Both the position numbers and the translations under genes were made by a program. A stretch of 63,967 nt of DNA, the filler included. It is 9 parts of 9 records of this genome, joined end to end, with 100 filler letters (N's around TTAATTAATTAA, not from the genome) between each part and the next. Parts side by side here need not be neighbours in the genome. Positions count along the whole stretch, not along the records: positions 17,832 to 24,163 come from SRR31156797_90067; positions 24,264 to 33,733 come from SRR31156797_90126; 7 more parts are not named here. One strand, given 5' to 3'. Within the stretch, counting starts at the first letter, position 1; every line of letters begins with the position of its first letter. Shown here piece after piece: positions 19,650 to 30,604 of the stretch. The notes under the pieces are model-generated. The model was not told where the DNA came from. It saw only the letters and a program-made list of their open reading frames with translations, and made no database searches.

Positions 19650-20780
19650 TTATCGCCCCAGGCGATTCAGCAGCCTTCCGATCATTCCCTGGTGAAAATC
19701 AATAGCGTCTTCGTCGCACACTTCCTGACAACAGTAGCAGCGGATGCATGTATCGTAGTTGAAAGCCAGTTTATGCTCTTTGAGGGTTAGGGCCTTGGGC
19801 GGGCAGACCTTAACGCACTTACCGCAGGCCGCGCACTTTTTAGTGTTCTGGATGGGTCGGGCGATTATATGACGGCGGGTCAGGCTGCCTAAAAAACCCG
19901 AGGAGCTGATTTGAATTCCGGTTTGCGGAACAGCGAAATCCTTTATCATCAGGTCGGCTGCGTCGCCAAGTCGGGTAATATCATTTAAATCCTTCTGAAC
20001 CAGTCCCCGTTTCACCGCTGCGCTGAATAAAGGAAATGAGGATGGATTCACGCCGAGCGTATGGATCAGGGCCATGTCCAGGGCCAGGGCGTCTGCGGAT
20101 GCGGCGATAACGCCCACCGCCCTGGAGTCGCCGTTATTCGGCCCCCGGCCCTCCATGCCGTACACTCCGTCCATAATCGTAAGGGCCGGGGCGATAGTGC
20201 GGTTAATATCCAGCAGCATGTTGGCAAAGGCTTCGCGGTCAAGGCCCGCGGCCATGTGCCATTCGGCCTTGCGTTGCGCCACCACGGTTCCGAACAGGTT
20301 CTTCACCCCCAGGGTCAGGTGCATGTAAGTGTGAGTTTTCAGTTTGGGCAGATTGATAACCACGTCGGCATCCAAGGCGTCCCTGGACAATTCAAGACTG
20401 CGATACACCGACCGGTTCGGAGTGGGAATTCGCACCGGAGAACCCAGGGCCTGAATGGGGACCTGGAAAAATTCGGCAGAAGCGCCCAGGCCGCTTTTTT
20501 TAGCCACACGCCTGGCGCTCTCCATGGCCGGGCTGTCGGCAACAATGGGCTTCCCGCCGGCATCCAGCACCAGGCGAAGTACGGCGGAAAGCACTGTTGG
20601 ATCGGTCGTCACCCGGCGTTCGGGGGCATGCGCCTGAAGCATGTTGGGCTTAACCAGCACCCTGTCGCCGGGTTTTACAAAGGCGTTCATGCCTCCAACG
20701 AGGTCCACGGCGGTTTTGATCGCATCTTCCACATCCGGCGATTGATAGCGGTCGCACTTAACCAATGCCACATCCTGCAT
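19650..20780 (-). CDS. DUF362 domain protein with C-terminal 2x[4Fe-4S] ferredoxin
   Basis: VLVKPN, TTDP, INLPKLKTH, KNLFG, MEG.GP; CAACGKCVKVCP and CIRCYCCQEVC. Confidence 0.92.
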   Translation of the reverse strand: MQDVALVKCDRYQSPDVEDAIKTAVDLVGGMNAFVKPGDRVLVKPNMLQAHAPERRVTTDPTVLSAVLRLVLDAGGKPIVADSPAMESARRVAKKSGLGASAEFFQVPIQALGSPVRIPTPNRSVYRSLELSRDALDADVVINLPKLKTHTYMHLTLGVKNLFGTVVAQRKAEWHMAAGLDREAFANMLLDINRTIAPALTIMDGVYGMEGRGPNNGDSRAVGVIAASADALALDMALIHTLGVNPSSFPLFSAAVKRGLVQKDLNDITRLGDAADLMIKDFAVPQTGIQISSSGFLGSLTRRHIIARPIQNTKKCAACGKCVKVCPPKALTLKEHKLAFNYDTCIRCYCCQEVCDEDAIDFHQGMIGRLLNRLGR

Positions 20781-20886
20781 AAGTATGTCCTTAACTTAAC
20801 CCGGTTTGCGCTTTGCCTGACTATTTGCCCCGCGGCTTGCCGCGGGGTCTGATTAACCGTCCCGAAATTAACAATCAGGAACTTGC

Positions 20887-23139
20887 CTATTCAAGTTCAT
20901 TAGCCTGGGCAACCGTGATGGCAATTACGTTTACCACGTTTTCCATGTCCGTGTTACGCGGAATAACGTTAAACGGCCTGCTCAATCCCATGAGCAGGGG
21001 ACCGACAGCCTTGGCGCCGCCTAATTGGTCAAGCAGTTTGTAGGCGATGTTGCCGGAAGACAATCCCGGGAATACCAGGATGTTGGCCTGGCCGCCTATT
21101 TGGTTGAATGGAAACTCACCGGCGATAATTTCTTCGGACACCGCCGTATCAGCCTGCATCTCCCCATCGATATTTAATTCTGGCATTTGCGTCCGAACGA
21201 TTTCAACAGCTTGCTTGACCCGAACGGCGTCCGGATGGTTCACGCTGCCGAAATTGGAGAAAGAGAGCATTGCTACCCGGGGAGTGATATCGAAAAACGC
21301 CGCCATTTTGGACGACAGAATCGCAATTTCAGCCAGTTCTTCAGCACTTGGGTGAATATTTACCGTGGGGTCGGCAAAAAGAAGGATTCGGTTTTTAAAA
21401 AACATCAGGTACATTCCGGAAACGCGGGTAACTCCAGGTCGTTTTGGGATAACCTGCAAGACCGGCCGTATGGCGTTGGGATAGGATTGGGAGATACCGT
21501 GAACCTGTCCCTGTACAAGTCCCTGGTGCACCATCATGGCCCCGAATACATAAGGATTGCTGAGCTGCCACCTTGTCTCGGTAAGAGACCATCCTTTACG
21601 ATTTCGCATGGCGAACAGCTTATCCGTGAAGTCGTCATAAAGAGAGCTGCGTGTGTAATCAACCAGTTCGATTCCCTGGAGGGAAAGCGCCATTTCTCTG
21701 GCCCTGGCTTTTATCTTTTCCGGATCTCCCAAAAGGACAGGATGAGCGATACCGTGACCGGCGGCTTGATGCGCGGCTCTGAGTATGACCGGGTTTTCAC
21801 CTTCCGGCAGCACTATGCGGCGGGGATTTTTTTGAGCCCGCGTAATGATTTTTCTTATGATCTCCCGCTCAGGTCCAAGAATTTTTTCCAGAGAGTTGAT
21901 GTATTCGGCTCGGGCCGGTGGATTAATACGGGCTACGCCGGTTTCCACGGCCGCCTTGGCCACTGCCGGCACAACCCGGAGCAAAACCCTGGAATCCAGG
22001 GCTTTGGGAATGATGTAGTCGGGGCCGAACTGGATAGGCTGCCCACCATAGGCCCGGATGACCGAATCCGGCACATCTTCCCTGGCCAGTTCAGCCAGGG
22101 CCCGGACTGCGGCGACTTTCATTTCTTCGTTGATTTTCGTGGCCCTGACATCGAGTGCGCCCCTGAAAATATATGGAAATCCAAGGACGTTGTTCACCTG
22201 GTTAGGGTAATCCGATCGTCCCGTGGCGACTATGGCGTCGGGCCGGACAGCCTTGGCTTCATAATAATCAATTTCGGAATCGGGGTTGGCCAGGGCGAAA
22301 ATTATGGGCTTTTTATTCATGGTTTCCAACAATTCAGGTGTGAAAGCCCCTTTTACAGACAGTCCGACCAACACATCAGCGCCATTGGCTGCGTCGGCCA
22401 GGGTTCGCATGGGCGTGTCAACGGCGAATTCCTCTTTATAGCGGTTCATCCCCCGGCTGCGCCCTTTATAGATAACTCCCTTGGAGTCGAGCAGTATGAT
22501 GTTTTCCTTTTTAACTCCAAGCAGAATATACATTCTAGCGCAGGCCATTGCCGCGGCCCCGGCGCCATTGATCGCAATTCGAAGATCCTGCATTTTCCGG
22601 TTTGTGAGTTCGGCGGCGTTAAGCAGGGCGGCGCCCGATATGATGGCGGTGCCATGCTGGTCGTCATGGAACACCGGAATCGACATCTGCTCTATTAGCT
22701 GTTCTTCGATGTAAAAGCATTCCGGCGCCTTGATGTCTTCCAGGTTTATTCCGCCGAATGTGGGTTCGAGCCGCTTGACCGTTCGAATGAATTCGTCGGG
22801 ATCGGCTGCATCCACTTCAATGTCGAAAACATCTATACCGGCAAAACGTTTAAACAAGACCCCCTTGCCCTCCATGACGGGCTTGCCGGCCAGCGGCCCG
22901 ATGTCTCCAAGACCTAACACGGCGCTGCCGTTGGTAATGACTCCTATAAGGTTTCCGCGGGCTGTATAATCAAAGGACCGATCGGGATCCTGTTGGATTT
23001 CCAGGCAGGGCGCCGCCACCCCCGGAGTGTAGGCCAGGCTTAAGTCTGACTGGGTCAGACAGGCTTTGGTGGCCACAACCTCGATTTTGCCTGGTCGGGG
23101 TTTTTGGTGATAATTGAGGGCCTCTTCTTTTTCCAACAT
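20887..23139 (-). CDS. maeB: NADP-dependent malic enzyme with PTA domain
   Basis: [44 protein letters not shown]-terminal PTA-like domain (DGEMQAD). Confidence 0.96.
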   Translation of the reverse strand: MLEKEEALNYHQKPRPGKIEVVATKACLTQSDLSLAYTPGVAAPCLEIQQDPDRSFDYTARGNLIGVITNGSAVLGLGDIGPLAGKPVMEGKGVLFKRFAGIDVFDIEVDAADPDEFIRTVKRLEPTFGGINLEDIKAPECFYIEEQLIEQMSIPVFHDDQHGTAIISGAALLNAAELTNRKMQDLRIAINGAGAAAMACARMYILLGVKKENIILLDSKGVIYKGRSRGMNRYKEEFAVDTPMRTLADAANGADVLVGLSVKGAFTPELLETMNKKPIIFALANPDSEIDYYEAKAVRPDAIVATGRSDYPNQVNNVLGFPYIFRGALDVRATKINEEMKVAAVRALAELAREDVPDSVIRAYGGQPIQFGPDYIIPKALDSRVLLRVVPAVAKAAVETGVARINPPARAEYINSLEKILGPEREIIRKIITRAQKNPRRIVLPEGENPVILRAAHQAAGHGIAHPVLLGDPEKIKARAREMALSLQGIELVDYTRSSLYDDFTDKLFAMRNRKGWSLTETRWQLSNPYVFGAMMVHQGLVQGQVHGISQSYPNAIRPVLQVIPKRPGVTRVSGMYLMFFKNRILLFADPTVNIHPSAEELAEIAILSSKMAAFFDITPRVAMLSFSNFGSVNHPDAVRVKQAVEIVRTQMPELNIDGEMQADTAVSEEIIAGEFPFNQIGGQANILVFPGLSSGNIAYKLLDQLGGAKAVGPLLMGLSRPFNVIPRNTDMENVVNVIAITVAQANELE

Positions 23140-23414
23140 AATATAAACCTTCTCTCAAAAATTAAATTTGCCTGCCGGCCCGACCGGGTCGCCTGCAAAA
23201 ATTATTGTTTTAAAGCGAGTAGAGAATAGCTCTGAAAATGCAACTGTCAATGACAAATTTTGGGAAAAGCGCGAAAGCATTGTTTGAGATAGGCCGACGA
23301 TTAACCATTGTCCGGCTGAAAGAACCGAATTTGGACGGAGATGACCTTCATACTGAAAAAATTTAAATTTATTGGGAAAAAGTTGGCTTGGCGAACTTTT
23401 TTAAACAAAAAGCC

Positions 23415-23473
23415 TTGACAAACCTTCCCGGGAAAAATATCATTAAATGAAACATGGTTCCAAATAATGAAAC
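23415..23473 (+). promoter_or_regulatory. Sigma-70 promoter and probable IclR autoregulatory operator
   Basis: TTGACA (23415)-17nt-TATCAT (23438); imperfect palindrome GTTCCAaataaTGAAAC at 23457-23473. Confidence 0.55.
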
Positions 23474-23532
23474 TTCGATCTTGCAGCAAATGAACCAAAA
23501 GCCAGGCAACCTGGAAGGAAAAGGGTGAAACA

Positions 23533-24163
23533 ATGAATGTTGTCAATCGAATCAGCGTAATTTTGGATCTCTTTTTGACCAAAGGAAACAACCTGTCCTT
23601 GACGAATATTGTGGCCGAAACAGGCTACAACAAGACAACCACCCACAGGCTGCTGGCGCAGATGATGCAAGAAGGATTTATTGCCAAAAACCCCGAAACC
23701 AACCACTATTCAATCGGCGTCAAGCTTTTCGAATTGGGCATGCTTTATTACCGGAGCATGGATCTGGTGAAAATCGCCCATTCTTTTTTGACGGACCTGG
23801 CTACGGATTTCAAAGGCACATCCTTTCTCTGCGTATATGACTCAGCTTCCATGGACGGCATATTTTTGGAACGCGTTGAATGGAAATACTATTTCAAGGA
23901 CGTGATGGTGTGGCAGGGCGGCAGGCTGCCCATGAATTGCGGCGCCGCGCCCCTGGCTTTGCTGGCGGCCTTCCCTGATGAAGATGTCAAAAAAATCATA
24001 AAAGAAAAAGGCCTGACTCAATTGACTGAAAAAAGCCTGGCCACTGAAGAAGAGCTGTTTAGTGAATTAAGCGAAATACGCTCCAGGGGATACAGCCTGA
24101 CCAAAGAAGATATATCCGTCGGTTTGGCCTCCGTAGGCGCCCCGATTTACGGACCGGATGAAA
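23533..24163 (+). CDS. IclR family transcriptional regulator (3' truncated)
   Basis: HTH (LSLT.I...TG.NKTTTHRLL), G.RLPM.CGA, IRSRGYS...E...GLASVGAPI. Confidence 0.92.
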
Positions 24164-24263
24164 NNNNNNNNNNNNNNNNNNNNNNNNNNNNNNNNNNNNN
24201 NNNNNNNTTAATTAATTAANNNNNNNNNNNNNNNNNNNNNNNNNNNNNNNNNNNNNNNNNNNN

Positions 24264-24901
24264 TGGCTGGAACCATAAACGGGTGCATCGGGTCTATTGT
24301 AATATGGGATTGAACATCAGACGGAAAGGAAAGAAACGTCTACCTAACCGTAACCCACAACCCCTTTTAGTACCAGCATCGGCCAACCATTGCTGGTCGA
24401 TTGATTTCATGAGTGACAGTCTTTATGACGGCAGAACGTTTAGGACCTTTAATGTTGTTGATGATTTTAATCGAGAAGTTCTGGCTATTGAGGTTGGCCT
24501 GAACTTACCATCCAAACGAATAATTAGAGTGCTTGAAAGAATATCGGCTTGGCGAGGTTACCCTACGCAGTTGAGATGTGATAATGGTCCGGAGCTAGTG
24601 TCGTTAGCCATGGCACAGTGGGCAGAAGATAATGGCGTTTACCTTGAATTCATAGAAAAAGGTAAACCAACTCAGAACTCATATGTCGAAAGATTTAATA
24701 AAACGTTTCGAGATGAGATCTTGGATTTCTATATTTTCAGCACATTAAGCGAAGTCAGAGAGATCAGAGATAATTGGATTAATGAGTATAACCGAGAGAG
24801 ACCACACGAGTCACTGGGTAACCTGACACCTGTAGAATACCTGCAGGAAAATCAGCCGGAATTTTCTAAATTAGTGTGGGACTAAAGAAGGGGTATTGAC
24901 A
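24264..24901 (+). mobile_element. IS3-family (IS407-like) element, 3' part; transposase ORF ends at 24885
   Basis: WNHKRVHRVY, WSIDFMSD, CDNGPE, GKPTQNSYVERFNKTFRDE, YNRERPHESLG; ends GGGGTATTGACA. Confidence 0.9.
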
Positions 24902-25178
24902 GGCACAACAGGTGATTCATGCGACAATGCGTTGGCTGAAACAATTATCGGTCTCTTTAAAACCGAGGTCGTTTACCATCGTGGCCCCTGGAAAGGTCAT
25001 GATGATGTCGAGTATGCTACCTTAGAGTGGGTCGACTGGTTCAATAATTGTCGATTTCTGGAACCTATAGGGAATATTCCTCCAATGGAGTTTGAAGAAG
25101 AGTTTTGCCAGGCGGAAGAGCCAAGGAAGGCTGCTTGACTCAAACTAAAATGGTCTCCGAAAAACCCAGAGCAGTTCA
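24902..25178 (+). mobile_element. 3' remnant of a second IS3-family (IS51-like) element
   Basis: GTTGDSCDNALAETIIGLFKTE...EWVDWFNN..LEPIGNIPP.E; terminal CTCCGAAAAACCCAGAGCAGTTCA. Confidence 0.85.
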
Positions 25179-25480
25179 CTCTAAAGAGACATAACATGCC
25201 TTTGCAGCATCGATTATGACCGCTGGTGTACACCAGAAAAGGAAAAGAATCATTTTCTCCGATCCTTGGCCGTTATCATCCAACGCCTCAGATTGTTGTT
25301 TGTATTTTGTGCTTATGTAACCAGAAAACTGGACTTTTTTTCTAAATCGAGGGAGAGATAAAGAGACTCAAGTAACTTTCGAGAAAAAAAAAAGTCCTTG
25401 GCTATCTCTGCTTCGATATTCGATTGATTCTTGAAGGAACCTTTTTAGTTCCTGGAAATGAAGTCACGCCGTAATAACCA

Positions 25481-25660
25481 AAAGAAATTGGAGATCATGA
25501 AGTTCTAAATGACGCAATTTCAGATGCCTTCCCCGGCACAAGTTTAAAAATTTTTATTCAAAACGATGGACGTTTTTCTGTTGAACTCTATCAAAAAGGT
25601 CTATTACGACCACTAACAGGTTCGGAATTGTCTGATGGAACCTTACGTTACCTTTTTATT
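25481..25660 (+). pseudogene. Internal fragment of a predicted AAA/ABC-type ATPase
   Basis: Translates to EIGDHEVLNDAISDAFPG...GLLRPLTGSELSDGTLRYL (ABC signature-like LSDG); no start and no Walker A. Confidence 0.6.
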
Positions 25661-26205
25661 GGCAAAGAACTCCTGAAAGAACATAGAAAAAGTATATGTT
25701 TCCCTATGAAGAAACATACACTAACTCTCCCAATGCTACCCGGATTTTACCTGCCGAACCGAGGCCGGAAACCACATTCACCTCAACAGGTTCTTTCTGC
25801 CAAACTTGCTTTGGTTAAAAGGAAGACGTTCAAACAAGTTGGAGAAACCTTTTCTCCCTTTCTCCCGCAAGCAGCTTTAAGCAAAGAAAAATCCGGTTCT
25901 ATGAGTCGTCACAGACTCTTCTCGAAAGAAAATACATTCTGGTCGTTCTTAGGTCAGGTTTTAGATTCCGACTGCAGCTGCAGTGAAGTGGTCAGGAAAT
26001 TACAGGCATATGCATCCAGGCGAAGACTTAAGTTACCTGCTTCGTCAACAGCGTTATATTGTGTTGCTCGGCAAAAGTTGGATGAAGCAATATTAACTAC
26101 TATTTTTCAACATATATCACAATGGGCAAACAGATACCAACCGTCAGGTTCGCCCAATGTCAGCAGGGTAATTGTTGTTGATGGAACTGGTGTCAGCATG
26201 CTTGA
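25661..26205 (+). mobile_element. Truncated IS4-family transposase (N-terminal part, ATG 25706)
   Basis: RLFSKENTFWSFLGQVL...SCSEVV..LQA...SSTALYC.ARQKL...RVIVVDGTGVSM; ends just after the first catalytic Asp. Confidence 0.75.
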
Positions 26206-26271
26206 GTGTAGATGTTCACTTCCAAACATGGTGTTACTTGTTCGTAAAGATTCATTTCCAATACATGAAAA

Positions 26272-26688
26272 CTATAGATCGACCACATTAAGGCTCAGCG
26301 TTTTTTGAAGTATTTCTTTAGCATTTATTCCTCCGCAACTTGACTTGTTCACCAGTGTGACACGCACTTCTAGCTCGTAGTCGCCAGCCTTTTTCATAAT
26401 CAATCGAATATTTGGGAATCCGGGGAGAACCTCCGGTTTTACATCATCAGGAGCTTTCAACACGTCTACCAGGGTGGAAACCATGTAATCTGGCGGTAAG
26501 GTTTCCGGGTCTAAACGTAACAGGATGTAAAACGGTTCATCGATTTTGGCTTCAAATTCGGTGTTTTGGATAGTTGCAGTATAGGGGAGAAAGGTTTTTG
26601 GAGAGAGAACTTGCTCTGTTGCTACTGCTGGCAATGAGAGAAAAACAATAATAAGTACGGTGATGAATGGGGAAAGTGTTGTGCGCAT
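26272..26688 (-). CDS. Hypothetical exported protein downstream of the molybdoenzyme operon
   Basis: 138 aa with a signal peptide (..LSLPAVA/TE), beta-rich, SSCGG near the C-terminus. Confidence 0.7.
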   Translation of the reverse strand: MRTTLSPFITVLIIVFLSLPAVATEQVLSPKTFLPYTATIQNTEFEAKIDEPFYILLRLDPETLPPDYMVSTLVDVLKAPDDVKPEVLPGFPNIRLIMKKAGDYELEVRVTLVNKSSCGGINAKEILQKTLSLNVVDL

Positions 26689-26806
26689 GGCGCTTGTCTC
26701 TCATTTATAAATCTTGATTTTACTGTATTACTTCAACAAATTCGAAGAGAGGACCGACAAAGATCATTGGCCCTCTCTTCTTGGATTAGGGAATAAACTT
26801 AATCAA

Positions 26807-27595
26807 TCAATACAGGCCACCAATGTTGCTGGCAGCATGTATTGAGTCCTGAAAAAATGATGCTCGTCCAAGAAGCTCACCAATAAGAATAATCACTGGT
26901 AACCAAATTGGAATTCTTTTTGTCCGCCATAGTACAAGAAGAGGCAGAACCAGGCCGATACAAATTCGTCCCCAATACAGTGGAGAGGAGAGCCAGGCTT
27001 GGCTCGTTTCAGCCATAATCGTACTTCCAGAAAACCATATACAAGGAACAAGCAGGTAGACAACCAAGGCAACAATTAAAGTTGTTGCCAATATCGCGGG
27101 TAGGGGCAAGTCTTCATCGGATGCAATAAACCAGCTGGAAAAACTGGAACCTAATAACATGCTTGTAATAAGGAAAAAGGCAAAGGGAAGCATGTTGTTG
27201 AGGGCGGGATACCCTGGAGGAGCGTAGGTCATTCCCATGAAAAAGAGAGTGACTAATCCCACCAAAGCTGCGACAAAAGCTATAAGCTTGTTTTTTGTGA
27301 TAAAAAATCCGAGAATGGCTAGAACAAGAAACGAAAAAATACCAAGCAATTCTCGGGAGAGCCAGGCATTACCAAGGTTCATTAATGTGGTGTAAGCCTG
27401 TAGAGGGTGGCCCAGATGGAAAAAAGAGGCAACCATTCCGGTAATAAGAAAAACAAGGGCGACACCCCATTGCTTGCGGTTCTCGGTGATGGGGGCCTCA
27501 TCTGTCGCTTGACTATAACCATTTATGACAACTAGTCCGATTGCGGTCTGACTGAAAACACTAAATAAGACCAGGGGCATTTCCAAATTACTCAT
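26807..27595 (-). CDS. dmsC: DmsC/NrfD-type membrane anchor subunit
   Basis: EMPLVLFSVFSQTAIG, ASFFHLGHP, WLSRE, GELLGR..F; multiple TM helices. Confidence 0.88.
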   Translation of the reverse strand: MSNLEMPLVLFSVFSQTAIGLVVINGYSQATDEAPITENRKQWGVALVFLITGMVASFFHLGHPLQAYTTLMNLGNAWLSRELLGIFSFLVLAILGFFITKNKLIAFVAALVGLVTLFFMGMTYAPPGYPALNNMLPFAFFLITSMLLGSSFSSWFIASDEDLPLPAILATTLIVALVVYLLVPCIWFSGSTIMAETSQAWLSSPLYWGRICIGLVLPLLVLWRTKRIPIWLPVIILIGELLGRASFFQDSIHAASNIGGLY

Positions 27596-28161
27596 ATGTT
27601 TTCTCTCCCTATTTTTTTAGGCAGCTGGGGCAGGGCAAAACGTACAGACGGATTCAGCTTTGGTTGTTTTTGGAAGCCGGGCGGAAATTGAACGGTACCG
27701 GGCTTATCAAATGTTGCCAGGTCAACTATCTGCAAAGCTTCCACAGGACAACTCTGTACACATTGCGGCTTGAGATCAGCATCTATACGTTGGTAGCAAA
27801 AGCTGCATTTCTCCGCCTTTTTAACCTCGGGGTTATAGCGAGGTGATCCGTAGGGGCATGAGCGAATACAGTTACCACAACCAATGCATTTCTCCTGCTC
27901 GTGGACGACGATGCCGTCTTCTTCCCTTTTATAGTAGGCCGATACCGGGCAAACATTCAGGCAGGTTGGATTTTCGCAGTGGTTACAAGCAAGAGAGTAG
28001 AAAGCGCGTTCACTATACGGGTAGATCTCCTCGCTTAAGGGGTACACCTGCCTCCAGATAACATTTTTGGGTTGATGGTACTGGTTCTTACACGCCATGG
28101 CGCAGGTAAAACAACCAATACAACGTTCAGCGTCGACAAAAAAACCATACTGTTTCTTCAT
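27592..28161 (-). CDS. dmsB: DmsB-type 4x[4Fe-4S] subunit
   Basis: CIGCFTCAMACK, CNHCENPTCLNVCP, CIGCGNCIRSCPY, KCSFC...CVQSCP; ATG 28161. Confidence 0.92.
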   Translation of the reverse strand: MKKQYGFFVDAERCIGCFTCAMACKNQYHQPKNVIWRQVYPLSEEIYPYSERAFYSLACNHCENPTCLNVCPVSAYYKREEDGIVVHEQEKCIGCGNCIRSCPYGSPRYNPEVKKAEKCSFCYQRIDADLKPQCVQSCPVEALQIVDLATFDKPGTVQFPPGFQKQPKLNPSVRFALPQLPKKIGRENI

Positions 28162-28174
28162 ATGGATCTCCTCC

Positions 28175-30484
28175 TTATACCTTTGCCACGTCGGCGAACT
28201 GGTCATGAATAGCCACACCGGGTTGACCGGTTTTGAAGGCACCCATATCGGACGAGGTATCGTCGACCACATTCTGAACGTTATAGGAATTATCTTTAAA
28301 CCACGCTTCATACATGAGTAGCGCGTCGTTGGGTACCACAGTGCTGATTTTTGCTGTGGTTTTCACTTCACCAATGGAATTAAAAACACGAACGGTATCA
28401 CCGTCTTTTATATTCTTGTCGGATGCCAGTTCGGGATGGAGATAGACAAATGGTTTGGGGTTAAACTCCTCAGTCCAGTCCAGATTGATAAACTGTGAAT
28501 GGAGACCAAATTTGGTATGAGGAGTAAGAAGCCTGTATTTGTCATAATTCTTACGGGGAGCTTTATATTCTGGCAACGCTTTGTTCCCCCACTTTTCGGC
28601 TAGTTCAGATTTAAACTCGTATTTGCCGGAGGGTGTTTTAAACTTGAGATCATGCCAGGAGGCCGGATGCATTTTTGCCTTGACCGGTCCATTTTTAAGA
28701 TCTTCCCAAGATGTAATCCCAAAAAGATCATGAATGCCCTGATTAAACTCTTTGGTCATCCATTCCTTACTGTCGATTTCCGTTGGGAAGGTGCACGAGC
28801 CAGGTCTTAGCTCATTCATCTTTTTCGACAGAATTGAGGCGATTTGAATATCAGATTTGGCCTCGTACATGGGCTGGATTGCCCTTTCATTGATAGAAAG
28901 CCAGTAGTGCCAATAGGAGACATTGACAGTCCACTCCTCAAACAGCGTGGTGACTGGCAGGACTATATCTGACATGGAAACAGTCTCATTAAAGAACTGG
29001 TCAACGGTTACTACCATTTCCAGTTTATTAAAGGCTTTTACCATCTTGTTGCGGTCGAAGTCCTGAGCGAAAGGATTTTTACAGGCCACCCAAAGCATCC
29101 GTATTGGTGGATCGTTGGTATCAAGAATAACCTGTGCAGTTTTATTGATATTAACGATTCGATCCGAATAAGAAACGGCTTTTGCTTCGTCACCTTCAGC
29201 GAAGTGGAAATCACCTTTAACCTCCGTCTTACCGGGTACACCTTTGGCTCCTTCTGGCTGTTTTTGTAGCAGAGCGTGGTAGTTAAACCCCCAGGTTCGT
29301 AGATGACCATAGCGGGCACCACCGCCGATTTTACCAATGTTGCCGGTCATAGCAACCAGAGCGTCAATGGCCCGCACTGATGCACCGCCGTTGGTGTGAC
29401 GTTGCATTCCATAGCCTATCCAAATGGTTGCTGGTTTTGCAGCAGCAAATTCTTCGGCCAGCGCCACGATGTTTTCAACGGGGATGCCAGACTCTTTTGC
29501 AGCCCACTCGATCGTAACTTTTTCTTTAAGATAGTCAGAGAATTCGCTGAATCCGATGGAGTTGGCAGTCACCCAATCACGGTCATACAGCTCGTTATCC
29601 AGGATATGACGCGCCATTCCCAGAGCAAGAGCGCCGTCAGTTGAGGTCTTAATCTGCCAATACTCATCAGCTTTTGCTGCCATTTGGGTCATGATGGGGT
29701 CGATAACAACGACTTTAGCGCCCCGTTTCTTGGCTTCATAGACATATTTGACCGAATGCACCGAGTTCCAGGCAGCATTTCCTCCCCAAAGGATAATATA
29801 CCGAGCATTCACCATATCTTCCGGATCGTTGCACCACATGTCTCCCATATCAAAATTCTGTGCGTCAATACCCGCGGGCCAACAAGGAGTTCCGGTCAAT
29901 CGAGTGGTATAACCAAGTGAACTCATCATCCCTTCAACGCCGTAGTTGGTGATTCCGAAGTTTCCAGAATATTTTGTGAGAGCCATCCCGAGAAGGTTGC
30001 CATCCTTATCCTGCATATCGAGCAGTTTTTTTGCAATACGGTCAATGGCTTCATCCCAGGAAACACGCTTCCAGTTGCCAGAACCACGTCCTTCTTGAAC
30101 CATGGGATATTTGATGCGATCGGGGCTGTAGGGCCGACGGGTATATCCGTAGCCTTTTACACATAAGCCACCACGGGTAAATGTTGACTCTGGTGCACCC
30201 TCTATGAATTGTACCACTCCATCCTTTACAAAGGTCTTTATGGAACAGGTATCATAGCAGTTTCGTGGGCAAGCGTTACGGAAAATTTCGTAGTCACCTT
30301 CATAAACGATCTCTCCAGCTTTTGATTGTATTGGCCGGAGTAGTCCGCAAGGTAGGTTGGCAATTGCGCCTGCTGCCAGGAGTCCTTTGATAAAAGTTCG
30401 CCTGGAGAGAGGGCAGATTCCGCTCTGCGATTCAGATGTTGGTTTGGGTTTGGTCATAGGCTTCTCCTCTGATGTGTTGTTCAT
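28175..30484 (-). CDS. Tat-exported DMSO-reductase-family molybdopterin oxidoreductase, catalytic subunit (substrate unknown)
   Basis: SRRTFIK Tat motif, CPRNCYDTC...LCVKG Fe-S motif, GTPCWPAG (putative Cys ligand), DIVLP...E; alternative start at 30457. Confidence 0.93.
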   Translation of the reverse strand: MNNTSEEKPMTKPKPTSESQSGICPLSRRTFIKGLLAAGAIANLPCGLLRPIQSKAGEIVYEGDYEIFRNACPRNCYDTCSIKTFVKDGVVQFIEGAPESTFTRGGLCVKGYGYTRRPYSPDRIKYPMVQEGRGSGNWKRVSWDEAIDRIAKKLLDMQDKDGNLLGMALTKYSGNFGITNYGVEGMMSSLGYTTRLTGTPCWPAGIDAQNFDMGDMWCNDPEDMVNARYIILWGGNAAWNSVHSVKYVYEAKKRGAKVVVIDPIMTQMAAKADEYWQIKTSTDGALALGMARHILDNELYDRDWVTANSIGFSEFSDYLKEKVTIEWAAKESGIPVENIVALAEEFAAAKPATIWIGYGMQRHTNGGASVRAIDALVAMTGNIGKIGGGARYGHLRTWGFNYHALLQKQPEGAKGVPGKTEVKGDFHFAEGDEAKAVSYSDRIVNINKTAQVILDTNDPPIRMLWVACKNPFAQDFDRNKMVKAFNKLEMVVTVDQFFNETVSMSDIVLPVTTLFEEWTVNVSYWHYWLSINERAIQPMYEAKSDIQIASILSKKMNELRPGSCTFPTEIDSKEWMTKEFNQGIHDLFGITSWEDLKNGPVKAKMHPASWHDLKFKTPSGKYEFKSELAEKWGNKALPEYKAPRKNYDKYRLLTPHTKFGLHSQFINLDWTEEFNPKPFVYLHPELASDKNIKDGDTVRVFNSIGEVKTTAKISTVVPNDALLMYEAWFKDNSYNVQNVVDDTSSDMGAFKTGQPGVAIHDQFADVAKV

Positions 30485-30604
30485 CCTCTTTCATTTAATT
30501 TCTATCCCCCGATAAATGGGAAAACAAGCCGGGACTGGTAACATTAGTTGTTAATGTAGAGTTTTTATTTTAAACGACTATCCTCAGTTCGTTCGATACG
30601 TTTA

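Noticed and set aside
21187-22698. Long alternative ORFs (e.g. 503 aa here; 14085-15401; 34585-35952; 36748-38010)
   Set aside because: They are shadow frames of well-supported genes in GC-rich DNA and have no recognisable motifs.
25179-25475. Minus-strand remnant resembling an AMP-binding motif (FLVYTSG..KG)
   Set aside because: It is too degraded (stops and frameshifts) to call without an alignment.
25628-26308. 226-aa ORF as a novel fusion protein
   Set aside because: It is a chance in-frame junction of an ATPase fragment and a truncated IS4 transposase, and it runs into unrelated sequence.
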